Virus record (IMG/VR): IMGVR_UViG_3300006151_000007
Location: 13,242-77,241 of that record
Reading direction: 5' to 3' (one strand)
Length of the DNA stretch: 64,000 nt
From: a virus
Lineage: Duplodnaviria; Caudoviricetes
Shown here: in pieces, positions 55,827-64,000 of the stretch
Layout of the letters: the number at the start of each line of letters is the position of its first letter
Position numbering within the stretch: position 1 is the stretch's first letter
Translations under genes and position numbers: made by a program
The notes under the pieces: generated by a model
Told to the model about the DNA's origin: nothing
Seen by the model: the letters and a program-made list of their open reading frames with translations, nothing else
The model's database searches: none

Positions 55827-57352
55827 GTGTCCGCATCATCTACCAGGACATCGCCACGGGCGCGGACGAGGATGCGGCGGTCACCACCCCGGACGCCTCC
55901 GGGTTTTCGGACGTGTCGCTCCTGCCCTTCGGCGGGGGCGGGGCCCCGATAGCCGTCCTGGAGCCCTTCAGTTGGCTCCTGGACGGCACCCGGGAGGTGC
56001 TGGAGGACCAGCCCATACCCTTCTGGTCCACGGCCCAGAGCGACATCAACGGCGTATTCGAGGCCCCGCCGGAGATCACCTTCGAGTTTGATGAGCGCTA
56101 CACCGCGCCGGGGCTGTTCCTGACCTTCGCGCCGGAGGTTGGGGAGTACTGCCGGAGCGTGACGGCCTCCTGGTACCGGGGGATCACCCTCTTGGCTACG
56201 GCGGAGTTTGAGCCGGACGGTCCGGAGTACTTCTGCCCCACGACCGTGGAATCCTTCGACAAGGTGGTCCTGCGGCTGAACGCCACCAACTACCCATACC
56301 GCTATGCCAAGCTCCGGCACGTGGCGTTCGGCGTGTCCAGGCAGTTCCAGAGGGACGAGCTGAGGGACGTGCGCGTGGTGGAGGAGGTCAGCATCCTCTC
56401 TTCGGAGGTGTCCGTGAACACCCTGGACTTCACCCTGGACAGCAAGTCCGATGTGGAGTATATGTTCCAGTTCAAACAGCCGGTGTCGGCGTTCAACGGG
56501 GAGCAGTTGATCGGCGTCTTCTACATCAGCGATTCCACCCACCGGGCCCGGGGGCTCTACGACGTGTCCTGCATCGACGCCATAGGCGTCCTGGATGAGG
56601 ACCCATTCCCGGCGGGGATGTACAGCGAGTACCCGGCAGGGGCGCTGCTGGAGGACATCATCGGCGGACATTTCGAGATGGAGTTGGACGCGGCGCTGAC
56701 CAACGTGCCAATTACCGGATACATGCCCCCCTGCACCCGGAGGGAGGCCATGCAGCAGGTAGCATTTGCCCTGCGGGCGATGGTGGACACCAGCGGCACG
56801 GAGAAGATACGCTTCTACCGGGACCGGCAGGACCTGCCCCGGCGCATCCCGGCGGGACGGGTGTACAGCGGCGGCACCGTGGACACCTCCGCCATTGTGA
56901 CGGCGGTGCAGGTGACCTCCCACAGCTACAGCACCTCCGGCGAGGGGAGCGACACCGTGGAGGTGGACGGCGTGACGCACTACCACAGCACGTCCGTCGT
57001 CACCATCAACAACCCCAACGTCACGGCCAACGACAAGCAGAACGTGGTGGAGGTCAAGGACGCCACGCTGGTGAGCCCCATGAACGCCCCGGCTGTGGCC
57101 CAGCACCTCTACGACTATTACACCAAGCGGCAGACCCAGCGGGTACGGATCGTGATGGACCAGGAGAAGCCCGGGGACCATGTGGCGGCACCTACGCCCT
57201 GGGATACCACCGTGGACGGTTTCATCACCTCCATGAGCATCGTCCTGAGCGGCATCGCGGCGGCGGACTGCGAGATCGTGGGCGTGGACGTGCGGCGCGT
57301 GGGGGAGACCGAGGGCATCGTCAGCGGTGAATTTGACTGCGGGGAGGTATAG
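55823..57352 (+). CDS. Baseplate hub/tail protein
   Basis: Position and size. Confidence 0.6.
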   Translation: MSVRIIYQDIATGADEDAAVTTPDASGFSDVSLLPFGGGGAPIAVLEPFSWLLDGTREVLEDQPIPFWSTAQSDINGVFEAPPEITFEFDERYTAPGLFLTFAPEVGEYCRSVTASWYRGITLLATAEFEPDGPEYFCPTTVESFDKVVLRLNATNYPYRYAKLRHVAFGVSRQFQRDELRDVRVVEEVSILSSEVSVNTLDFTLDSKSDVEYMFQFKQPVSAFNGEQLIGVFYISDSTHRARGLYDVSCIDAIGVLDEDPFPAGMYSEYPAGALLEDIIGGHFEMELDAALTNVPITGYMPPCTRREAMQQVAFALRAMVDTSGTEKIRFYRDRQDLPRRIPAGRVYSGGTVDTSAIVTAVQVTSHSYSTSGEGSDTVEVDGVTHYHSTSVVTINNPNVTANDKQNVVEVKDATLVSPMNAPAVAQHLYDYYTKRQTQRVRIVMDQEKPGDHVAAPTPWDTTVDGFITSMSIVLSGIAAADCEIVGVDVRRVGETEGIVSGEFDCGEV

Positions 57353-57355
57353 CGG

Positions 57356-57895
57356 ATGCAGAGATTCAGGGATTTTCTCATAACGGACCGGACGGCGGCG
57401 GACGTGGAGCGGGTAAAGGCCCTTGCGGCCCTCTTCGACCGCTACACCGGTCGCTTCCAGGGCACCCCGGCCCAGTATCAGGAGCTGATGGACGGGCCCA
57501 AAGGGGCCTATACCTGGGTGGACCTGAACCGGGTAACCAGGGGATATGCCTATGTGGCGACACGCCTCGCGGCGGACGGGTACCGGCTGGAACCGGAGAT
57601 CTGTCCGGCGTACCTGGTAGCCGTGGGGACCGCCCCGGCGGGGGCGAACTTCTCCGGCGGCGGCATCTTCTACCAGGGCGAGACGGCCACGGTGCGGGCC
57701 ATCAACGACGCATACAACGAATTCGACGAATGGCAGGAGGACGGGCGGACCGTCAGCCGGGATATCGAATACAGCTTCACGGTGGACCGGGACCGGCGGC
57801 TCCTGGCGGTGTTTGAACCGCTGGACGACGGGAAACTGGGCGTCGTAGGCCGGGGCCTCATCGGAAGCGCGAGGATCGGAAGGAGGGGCGCGTAA
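57356..57895 (+). CDS. Tail protein: N-half of a conserved baseplate gene plus an InlB B-repeat-like domain
   Basis: LITDRT.ADV.RV...KGAY...DLNRV then GGGIFYQGETATVRA...W...YSFTV. Confidence 0.6.
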   Translation: MQRFRDFLITDRTAADVERVKALAALFDRYTGRFQGTPAQYQELMDGPKGAYTWVDLNRVTRGYAYVATRLAADGYRLEPEICPAYLVAVGTAPAGANFSGGGIFYQGETATVRAINDAYNEFDEWQEDGRTVSRDIEYSFTVDRDRRLLAVFEPLDDGKLGVVGRGLIGSARIGRRGA

Positions 57896-58398
57896 TGGCC
57901 TACACACCGACAGAATGGAAGGACGGCGACCTGATCTCCGCCGCCCGGATGAACAAGCTGGAGCAGGGCGTGGCAAATGAACAGGTGGGGCCTCCGGGGC
58001 CCCAGGGGGAGCAGGGCATCCAGGGTATCCAGGGGCCGATCGGGCCCCGTGGCGCGCAGGGGGAGCCGGGGGAGACCGGGGCGACAGGTCCTGCGGGGCC
58101 TGCCGGTCCGGGGGTGCCCGCGAGAGGCGCGGCGGGTCAGGTGCTTGCCAAGAAGAGCGGCACGGACTACGACACGGAGTGGATCGATCCGCCGGAGGGC
58201 GGGGGCGCGTTTACTGAGACCGACCCTACCGTGCCGGACTGGGCGAAACAGCCCAATAAGCCGACGTATACCGCGCAGGAGGTGGGGGCGATACCATCGG
58301 GTGCCGTGACCGCTATCCAGGTGATGACAGAGGCCGAGTATGCCGCTCTCCCCGGTACCGCTAAATCCCCCTCCACCCTGTACCTCATAAAGGAGTAG
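57895..58398 (+). CDS. Collagen-like tail protein
   Basis: About 14 G-X-Y triplets; GQVLAKKSGTDYDTEW; ETDPTVP.WAK. Confidence 0.75.
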   Translation: MAYTPTEWKDGDLISAARMNKLEQGVANEQVGPPGPQGEQGIQGIQGPIGPRGAQGEPGETGATGPAGPAGPGVPARGAAGQVLAKKSGTDYDTEWIDPPEGGGAFTETDPTVPDWAKQPNKPTYTAQEVGAIPSGAVTAIQVMTEAEYAALPGTAKSPSTLYLIKE

Positions 58399-58401
58399 GT
58401 C

Positions 58402-59775
58402 ATGCTGAAGCTTGGAACGGAAAATATCTCCGGCCTCTATGTGGGAGAGCAGAAGATCAAAAAGGCGTTCGTTGGAGAGCAGTTGGTGTTTGAGGATAAT
58501 CCAACTTACACGGTGTATTTCTATGCGGTTGATGAAGAGGATTCGAGTAAAGTTCTCAATTCCAGCTCGTTTACTGTAAATCCAGGAGAATCTGTTTCCG
58601 TGAATCCGTGGGATATCAACGGATACAACTTTGCGGGTTGGTATGACGAAAGCGGGAATCTGGTCAGTTCCGGTTCGTCCTTTTCTGTTACTCCGACAGG
58701 AGATGCAACATATTATCTTAAATACTATGAGTATTATACGCTTCTTGTGTCTGCTTCTGGATTTGTGAGTTCCGAGCTGGTAGTCACAATAAATGGAGAA
58801 GACTACACCATTACAAGGAATGCAGACGCGCAGGGGAATGGGGCGGAATTGCATCTCCGCAAAAATTCCGTAGTAACTGTTAAGACCAAGACGATCCCAA
58901 GCGGGTACAAATTCGACAAGTGGGGATTGGTTTACGCGAATGTTACAAGCACTGCTGATCCGTATACATTCACGCTGACTCGAGATTTGGAAATTTTGCA
59001 CGGGTATCTCTCCAAAGCATCTCGGGTCCCGGCGGGGTATACGGAGCTGGAGTATCTCGCAAACAACCCAAGTATAGCGTATAGCAATCTTTCAACTTGT
59101 CCTGTAATCAATGTGCCATTACCGACGGTTGCGTTGAATACGGTTGAGATAACATTCATGGTTACTGGAAATCCGGCATCTTCACTTACGTCGATAGACG
59201 CAAAAGGATATGCTCCATTGTTCGGGTATACAAATGGAAATTCGACACAAATCAGAGGGGCTGGTCTGTATTTCAAGGGGATGGATGTGTGTTTTGGAAA
59301 CGGAATATATATACTCAAGTCAGGGAATTTGACCGCCCCATTGCATTGGACGATGACGCAGAACACAAAATACACTATGAGGGCGAAGATCGATGAGGGC
59401 ATAACCTATAATGGAACGTCGCTATCCACGACAAGATGGTATGGTAACGCAACATTTAAGCGTACGTCTTCATTGATTTGGATGTCATTTTTCAATGCCG
59501 CAATATATACTGCGTCCGGTGGATTATCCTATGCATCATATGCAAAAACCCCTGTAAATGTTCGTATTTATGGATTCAATATGCTTGATGCTGACGGTAA
59601 CTATATCATGCAGTTGATACCTTGTAAGAATCCATCTGGGGTGTTGGGATTCTACAACACAGTTGACCGGACATTTTATAGAAATACTCGTGGCGTTGTA
59701 GCGAATAACAGCGCTATTACATCAACATTCACAGACGTTTCAACATACCCGCTTATCGCAGGCCCCGCAGTCTAA
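58402..59775 (+). CDS. AT-rich adhesin/receptor-binding-like protein (B-repeat-like plus lectin-like domain)
   Basis: GYNFAGWY and GYKFDKW repeats; PAGYTELEYL; LIPCKNPSGVLGFYN. Confidence 0.6.
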   Translation: MLKLGTENISGLYVGEQKIKKAFVGEQLVFEDNPTYTVYFYAVDEEDSSKVLNSSSFTVNPGESVSVNPWDINGYNFAGWYDESGNLVSSGSSFSVTPTGDATYYLKYYEYYTLLVSASGFVSSELVVTINGEDYTITRNADAQGNGAELHLRKNSVVTVKTKTIPSGYKFDKWGLVYANVTSTADPYTFTLTRDLEILHGYLSKASRVPAGYTELEYLANNPSIAYSNLSTCPVINVPLPTVALNTVEITFMVTGNPASSLTSIDAKGYAPLFGYTNGNSTQIRGAGLYFKGMDVCFGNGIYILKSGNLTAPLHWTMTQNTKYTMRAKIDEGITYNGTSLSTTRWYGNATFKRTSSLIWMSFFNAAIYTASGGLSYASYAKTPVNVRIYGFNMLDADGNYIMQLIPCKNPSGVLGFYNTVDRTFYRNTRGVVANNSAITSTFTDVSTYPLIAGPAV

Positions 59776-59792
59776 GAAAGGAGGCACCAGCC

Positions 59793-60059
59793 ATGCCCGA
59801 AACATCCCCGCCCCGGCCCTGGACGCTCCAGGACATCCCCACCATGCAGAACATGGATAGATACCTGTCCATGCTACGGGCCTTGCGGCAATTCCTCCCG
59901 CGCGGCACCGCAGCGCCGGAGGTGCCCGCAGACATGAACGGCTTGACCTTCCGTACGGCAAACGACATCGAAACGATCCTGATGGAGGCGGACCAGGCCG
60001 TTACCAATTTAGAGAACAGCTGGTTCGTATCCGGCGAAATCGACGCAGGAGGTTTTTAA
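59793..60059 (+). CDS. C-half of the baseplate gene begun at 57356
   Basis: W...DIPT...M.RYL..L.ALR...P.VPADMNGLT...ANDIE.IL...W..SGEI.AG. Confidence 0.55.
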   Translation: MPETSPPRPWTLQDIPTMQNMDRYLSMLRALRQFLPRGTAAPEVPADMNGLTFRTANDIETILMEADQAVTNLENSWFVSGEIDAGGF

Positions 60060-60060
60060 T

Positions 60061-60411
60061 ATGCAGGATGGTATTATCAACGGCACCGGGAATTCCCGGT
60101 ATTTGAAGACCATCAGCGGCTTTCTCAGCCTATACCCCACCTATGAGGCGTTCGCCCAGGCGCTGATTGCAGGCACCCTGCCCATCGACCTGAACGGCAA
60201 GAACCAAGACGGTTGGGCCCAGCAGGGTACGCCCCTGAACAAGGCGAACCTGCTCACCGACGCCACCGCCGCCCTGGTGGGCCTGGGAGCGGAGGCGAAC
60301 CCGGACGAGATGTTCGCTACCCTCGCAAACCGCATCACCTACGGGACCGAGGAGCTGACGCCGGGGGTGTCGCCCCTCGCTACCGGGGCCATCTATGTGC
60401 AGTATGAGTGA
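60061..60411 (+). CDS. Tail fibre-type small protein
   Basis: MQDGII.GTGNSRYLK...GTPLNKANLL; G.IYVQYE. Confidence 0.6.
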   Translation: MQDGIINGTGNSRYLKTISGFLSLYPTYEAFAQALIAGTLPIDLNGKNQDGWAQQGTPLNKANLLTDATAALVGLGAEANPDEMFATLANRITYGTEELTPGVSPLATGAIYVQYE

Positions 60412-60515
60412 GGGGCGAGGGATGGGTACTAAGTATGCCCCCTATCTCACACTCTACTATATTCAAAGGATAAATTAACAGTTACAGATAGTGGATTAAC
60501 AGGGGGATTAGCATT

Positions 60516-61562
60516 ATGGCTACTAGATATAATCGTTATATTTGGGCGTTGTATTTGACATCAAACAACATGTTGAATGGATATGTTACTAGGTTAGATC
60601 GAAATGCAATTACGGATGGCTCTGTAGGTTCTGGAGTACGCTACTCATATGTCGGAGAAGATTATATTTTGTATGATGGTACAACTATATCAGTATCCAG
60701 AGAAGGCAACCAAACCAAGTTCACCGTAACTACCGGCGGTAGCATTCCATATCCACATTCCGTGAGTTCTGAGTATGCAACTAGATTAAAAACGCTTGCA
60801 TTTGAATGTGATGTACAAGTTAACAAAAGCGGATGGACATCTTTTATAAAACAATCAGGTGTATCCCCATTCAGTGTTACTAAAACATATACTGTAAACA
60901 ATGGCTTTGATACTGTTCAATTTAGGTATACTTTTGCGGATTTAAATGGCGCAGCAATTGAAAATTTCACATTATCCCCTATATATAAATCTAGCCATAC
61001 TATAACTGTAAAGGCAGATACTGGAGGAAGCGTATCCGGCGGAGGAACCTACGAGGAAGGAACCTCCGTGACCGTCAAAGCCACCGCCTCCTCCGGCTAC
61101 CGGTTCTCCCGCTGGACGGAGGGCGGGGCCACAGTAAGCTCCAACGCGTCGTACACATTTACTGTCACCCAAAATCGGACACTGACTGCGGTATTTTCCA
61201 AGATTCTCCCCTCCTACCGCATCACCGTCACCGCCTCCCCCGCCAACGGCGGCACCGTGAGCGGCGGCGGGAGCTACGAGAGCGGGCGGAGCGCAACCGT
61301 CCGGGCCACCCCGGCGGCGGATTTCCTCTTCGTGGAGTGGCAGGAGGACGGCGTGGCTGTCAGTACCAACCCCACCTACACCTTCACCGTCAGCAAGGCC
61401 CGGACCCTGACCGCCGTCTTCAAGCGCAAGCTGTCCGCATACGTGGGCATTGAGGGCAAGGCGCGAAAGGCGACAAACCTCTACGTCGGGGTCGACGGCA
61501 AGGCCAGGAAGGTCGTGCGGGCGTACATCGGCGTAGACGGGAAAGCACAGAAATTCTTATAA
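60516..61562 (+). CDS. Tail protein: AT-rich N-domain, two InlB B-repeat-like domains, triple YVG.DGKARK tail
   Basis: Two GG.VSGGG.YE.G...TV.AT...W...S.N..YTFTV...RTLTAVF units. Confidence 0.7.
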   Translation: MATRYNRYIWALYLTSNNMLNGYVTRLDRNAITDGSVGSGVRYSYVGEDYILYDGTTISVSREGNQTKFTVTTGGSIPYPHSVSSEYATRLKTLAFECDVQVNKSGWTSFIKQSGVSPFSVTKTYTVNNGFDTVQFRYTFADLNGAAIENFTLSPIYKSSHTITVKADTGGSVSGGGTYEEGTSVTVKATASSGYRFSRWTEGGATVSSNASYTFTVTQNRTLTAVFSKILPSYRITVTASPANGGTVSGGGSYESGRSATVRATPAADFLFVEWQEDGVAVSTNPTYTFTVSKARTLTAVFKRKLSAYVGIEGKARKATNLYVGVDGKARKVVRAYIGVDGKAQKFL

Positions 61563-61575
61563 GGAGGCGAGTGCC

Positions 61576-62217
61576 ATGTTTCAACTTTACGCAAACAAAA
61601 CCCAGCTAACCGTCCGCGCCCGCGAACCCCTCACCAGCGGCAGCGTGAACGCCTACGAGGCCAGGTTCGAGTTCTCGCCGGACTGGGAGGGCCTGACAAA
61701 GACGGCGGTCTTCAAGGCGGGGAATGAGGTCCGGAGCGTGCTCCTGGGCGATGACAGCCAGTGCGCCATTCCGTGGGAGGTGTTAAGATCCCACGGCCGG
61801 CAGTTAACTGCCGGGATCTGCGGCACCCGGGGCACGGATATGGTGCTTCCGACCGTATACGCGAACCTGGGAACCATCCTGGAGGGGGCCGCGCCCGGGG
61901 AGAATGCCCGGCCTCCCACCCCGGACCTGTGGGAGCAGGCCATCGCCCGGAAAGCGGACGGGATGAAGCTGGACGATCTGACGCTGCGCCTCTTGTCGGG
62001 AACGGAGACGATAGCCGAGGTGGAGCTCCCGCCTGCAGGCGGCGGGGAGGGCGGTACATCTGACCACCGGTCCCTGACCGGACGGGACGCAGGGAATCAG
62101 CACCCAATCGCCGCCATTACCGGCCTTGGGGAGACGCTGGAGACCATCCCGCGCCCCATGACGGCGGATGAGCTGCGAAAAATTTTGTTAGGAGGAACGA
62201 AACATGCCCACAAATAA
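61576..62217 (+). CDS. BppU-like baseplate upper protein
   Basis: TSGSVN.YEARFEFSPDWEGLTKTAVF. Confidence 0.6.
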   Translation: MFQLYANKTQLTVRAREPLTSGSVNAYEARFEFSPDWEGLTKTAVFKAGNEVRSVLLGDDSQCAIPWEVLRSHGRQLTAGICGTRGTDMVLPTVYANLGTILEGAAPGENARPPTPDLWEQAIARKADGMKLDDLTLRLLSGTETIAEVELPPAGGGEGGTSDHRSLTGRDAGNQHPIAAITGLGETLETIPRPMTADELRKILLGGTKHAHK

Positions 62218-62698
62218 CACCAGCGCATACCTTGACGGCGACCGCGTGGCTGAGCTGTGGACGGCGGTAAAGACGGCCCTGGCGGGCAAGGCGGACCTCG
62301 CTGATCTGGACGGCTACACCACCCCGGACGCAGTGGCAACGGCCATCACATCGGCTTTGGCCAACTACGCCACCAACGCCGGAGTACAGATCGCCATTGC
62401 TGCGGCTTTGGCCAATTACATGACCGAGAGCGAGGTCAATGATGCCATTGCAAAGGCGGTCACGGAGGCGGCGCACATCACCTTTGAGGCGGTGGATGCT
62501 CTGCCGGAGACCGGCGCTCCCAACAAAATCTATCTCGTTCCCAGCGGCGGCGGGAGCGGGAACGAGAAAAACGAGTACATGTGGATCAACGGCGCGTGGG
62601 AGCTCCTCGGGAGCACGGAGGTGGACCTGACCGGCTACTGGTCCAAACAGGAGCTGCGGGCCATGACGGCAGCGGAATTGCAGGCGATCCTGGTATGA
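62204..62698 (+). CDS. Fibre-like structural protein
   Basis: V.ALPETG..NKIYLVP...EYMWINGAWELLG..VDL.GY. Confidence 0.6.
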   Translation: MPTNNTSAYLDGDRVAELWTAVKTALAGKADLADLDGYTTPDAVATAITSALANYATNAGVQIAIAAALANYMTESEVNDAIAKAVTEAAHITFEAVDALPETGAPNKIYLVPSGGGSGNEKNEYMWINGAWELLGSTEVDLTGYWSKQELRAMTAAELQAILV

Positions 62699-63762
62699 GC
62701 TTTCTTGACGATGCACGGACCCGGGAGCTGTGGGAGAAGGTCAAAGCAGAGCTCTCTGGGAAGCAGCCCAAGCTGCGCGGCAGCGCGGGGCAGGTGGTGG
62801 GGTTCAACACCCAGGGAGCGGCGGTGGCGGTGAGCGGGTGGAGTAATCCGAATCTGCTGGATAACTGGTATTTTGCGGACCCAGTTAACCAGAGGGGGCA
62901 GACAGAGTATAGCGGCATTGGGTATACGATTGACAGGTGGAAATGGGGAACTGCGAACGGCATGGCTGTAATTGTTGATGCAGGGATAGAAGTAAAACGA
63001 ACCACCAGTACAAGGGTCATATTAAATCAGGCCCTTACCACTGACCGCGAAACATTTCAGAAAATGTTTTCCGGGAGAACGGTTACAATATCCGCTCTTT
63101 TTGGTCAGACCTTACGTCACGCCACACTGACAATCCCGACTGATGATACAAGTGACTGGTATCCCGGCGGAACAGCTTCTGAGAAAGTAGACGATATGTA
63201 TGTTCGTCTTTCAATCTATGGCTCAACAAGAAATTTCAACCTTTCCTTTGATGTGTACGTTTCTACTGGCGGAAACGGTGGCGGCTTGGTGACCGCTGTA
63301 AAATGCGAATATGGCACCCAGCAGACCTTGGCCCACCAGGATGCGGACGGTAACTGGGTGCTCAATGACCCGCCGCCGGACAAGGTGCTGGAGTTGCTGA
63401 AATGTCAGAGGTACTATCGAGTGCTTGATTGGGGGACTAGTATGTACGCTCTTGGCTTCCCTGGCATGGTCACGAACGTGGCAAAGGATGTCGTTTTCCA
63501 AATCCCGAACGCTGTTTCATTTCGGGCAATACCGTCCGTTTCGGTATCCTCTGACTTCAAGGTGCTGCTCAGAAATCATGCTGGATACATTGGCAGCTCA
63601 GCCGGATTAGTCCCAAGTTCCTTAAGGATAAGCACGGTGCCAAGGCAAGTGCCCTCTATATCCATGACCGCAAATTTTGATGGAGTCGATCTAGGCGACA
63701 ACAATGTTCCAATTTATGTTGCAATTAGTGCGGGCAAGCTGATTTTTGATGCCAATTTGTAA
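62695..63762 (+). CDS. Tail fibre/receptor-binding protein, homologous to the domains of 8790..10388
   Basis: NPNLLDNWYFADPVNQRG...IDRW...QQTLAH...WVLND...ELLKCQRYY. Confidence 0.75.
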   Translation: MSFLDDARTRELWEKVKAELSGKQPKLRGSAGQVVGFNTQGAAVAVSGWSNPNLLDNWYFADPVNQRGQTEYSGIGYTIDRWKWGTANGMAVIVDAGIEVKRTTSTRVILNQALTTDRETFQKMFSGRTVTISALFGQTLRHATLTIPTDDTSDWYPGGTASEKVDDMYVRLSIYGSTRNFNLSFDVYVSTGGNGGGLVTAVKCEYGTQQTLAHQDADGNWVLNDPPPDKVLELLKCQRYYRVLDWGTSMYALGFPGMVTNVAKDVVFQIPNAVSFRAIPSVSVSSDFKVLLRNHAGYIGSSAGLVPSSLRISTVPRQVPSISMTANFDGVDLGDNNVPIYVAISAGKLIFDANL

Positions 63763-63783
63763 TTATCTGAAAGGAGAGAGGGC

Positions 63784-64000
63784 ATGAACACAAATGATAT
63801 CCGTCATTACATCGCCATTGATGCCCAGGGCCGGATCACCTCCGGCTGGAGCGACGGCCCGCAGCGGGACCGGGACACCACCGGCGCGGTCTGCATTAAC
63901 GAGGCGGGCGGCTACCAGTTCCGGCTCCACCCCGGCGGAGAGGAGAACCCGCCCCTCTACACGGAGGACGGCATCCCCCTCTACCGCTGGGACGGGGAGC
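63784..64000 (+). CDS. Tail fibre chaperone-like protein (partial), homolog of 10402..10776
   Basis: GRIT.GWS.GP..DRD.T.A.CI.E.GGYQFRL.PGGEENP.LYTEDG.PLYRWDG. Confidence 0.75.
   Translation, partial: MNTNDIRHYIAIDAQGRITSGWSDGPQRDRDTTGAVCINEAGGYQFRLHPGGEENPPLYTEDGIPLYRWDGE

Larger units (their letters stand above)
24371..64000 (+). mobile_element. Siphophage segment B (integrase to tail fibres; right end outside window)
   Basis: Canonical int-cI-early-packaging-head-tail order. Confidence 0.9.

Noticed and set aside
41742-57976. Long minus-strand ORFs (41742..43229, 43536..45500, 47284..48471, 55748..57976 and similar elsewhere)
   Set aside because: Antisense shadows of GC-rich, codon-biased plus-strand genes; no RBS or recognisable motifs
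60422-60515. Short ORF MGTKYAPYLTLYYIQRIN as a frameshifted start of 60516..61562
   Set aside because: Joining would need two frameshifts; not supportable without reads
8790-63762. Diversity-generating retroelement acting on tail fibres
   Set aside because: No reverse transcriptase in the window and no near-identical TR/VR pair differing only at adenines was seen; one could lie outside the window
57356-64000. Invertible tail-fibre shufflon
   Set aside because: All fibre cassettes are on the plus strand, with no inverted crossover sites or adjacent invertase
1-64000. tRNA, rRNA, IS transposase or host housekeeping genes
   Set aside because: None recognised by eye; tRNAscan-SE and ISEScan were not run

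Overview
The whole window is phage-like; no host housekeeping gene, rRNA, tRNA, CRISPR array or IS was recognised. It is GC-rich with Firmicutes-type RBSs, and the gene families resemble temperate siphophages of gut Clostridia (inference, no search run). Two related but distinct late modules lie head-to-tail. Segment A (1-24370) has tail genes, a lysis cassette and about 8 kb of cargo: an ImmA/IrrE + DUF4411 pair, a membrane-anchored Mrr-type nuclease, a lipoprotein, an RHH/Rha/Bro antirepressor operon and a dCTP deaminase-like gene. It ends in a seven-gene Gln/Gly/Cys-rich cluster of unknown function. An att-like imperfect palindrome (24371-24408) joins it directly to segment B (24371-64000). 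B carries a large serine integrase, a cI switch, early/DNA-modification/recombination/replication genes, terminase, portal, head and a second, different tail module. Most notable: the seven-gene low-complexity cluster; the host-free A/B junction; a circularly permuted C5 methyltransferase with a nested alternative-frame gene; a captured fragment of another phage's terL-portal junction between Bro direct repeats; an 87-bp HEAT-repeat array; a MuF-like toxin/immunity pair; an arc-sar-ant-like antisense layout; and a tail gene split by an adhesin cassette. All family assignments come from motif recognition by eye.
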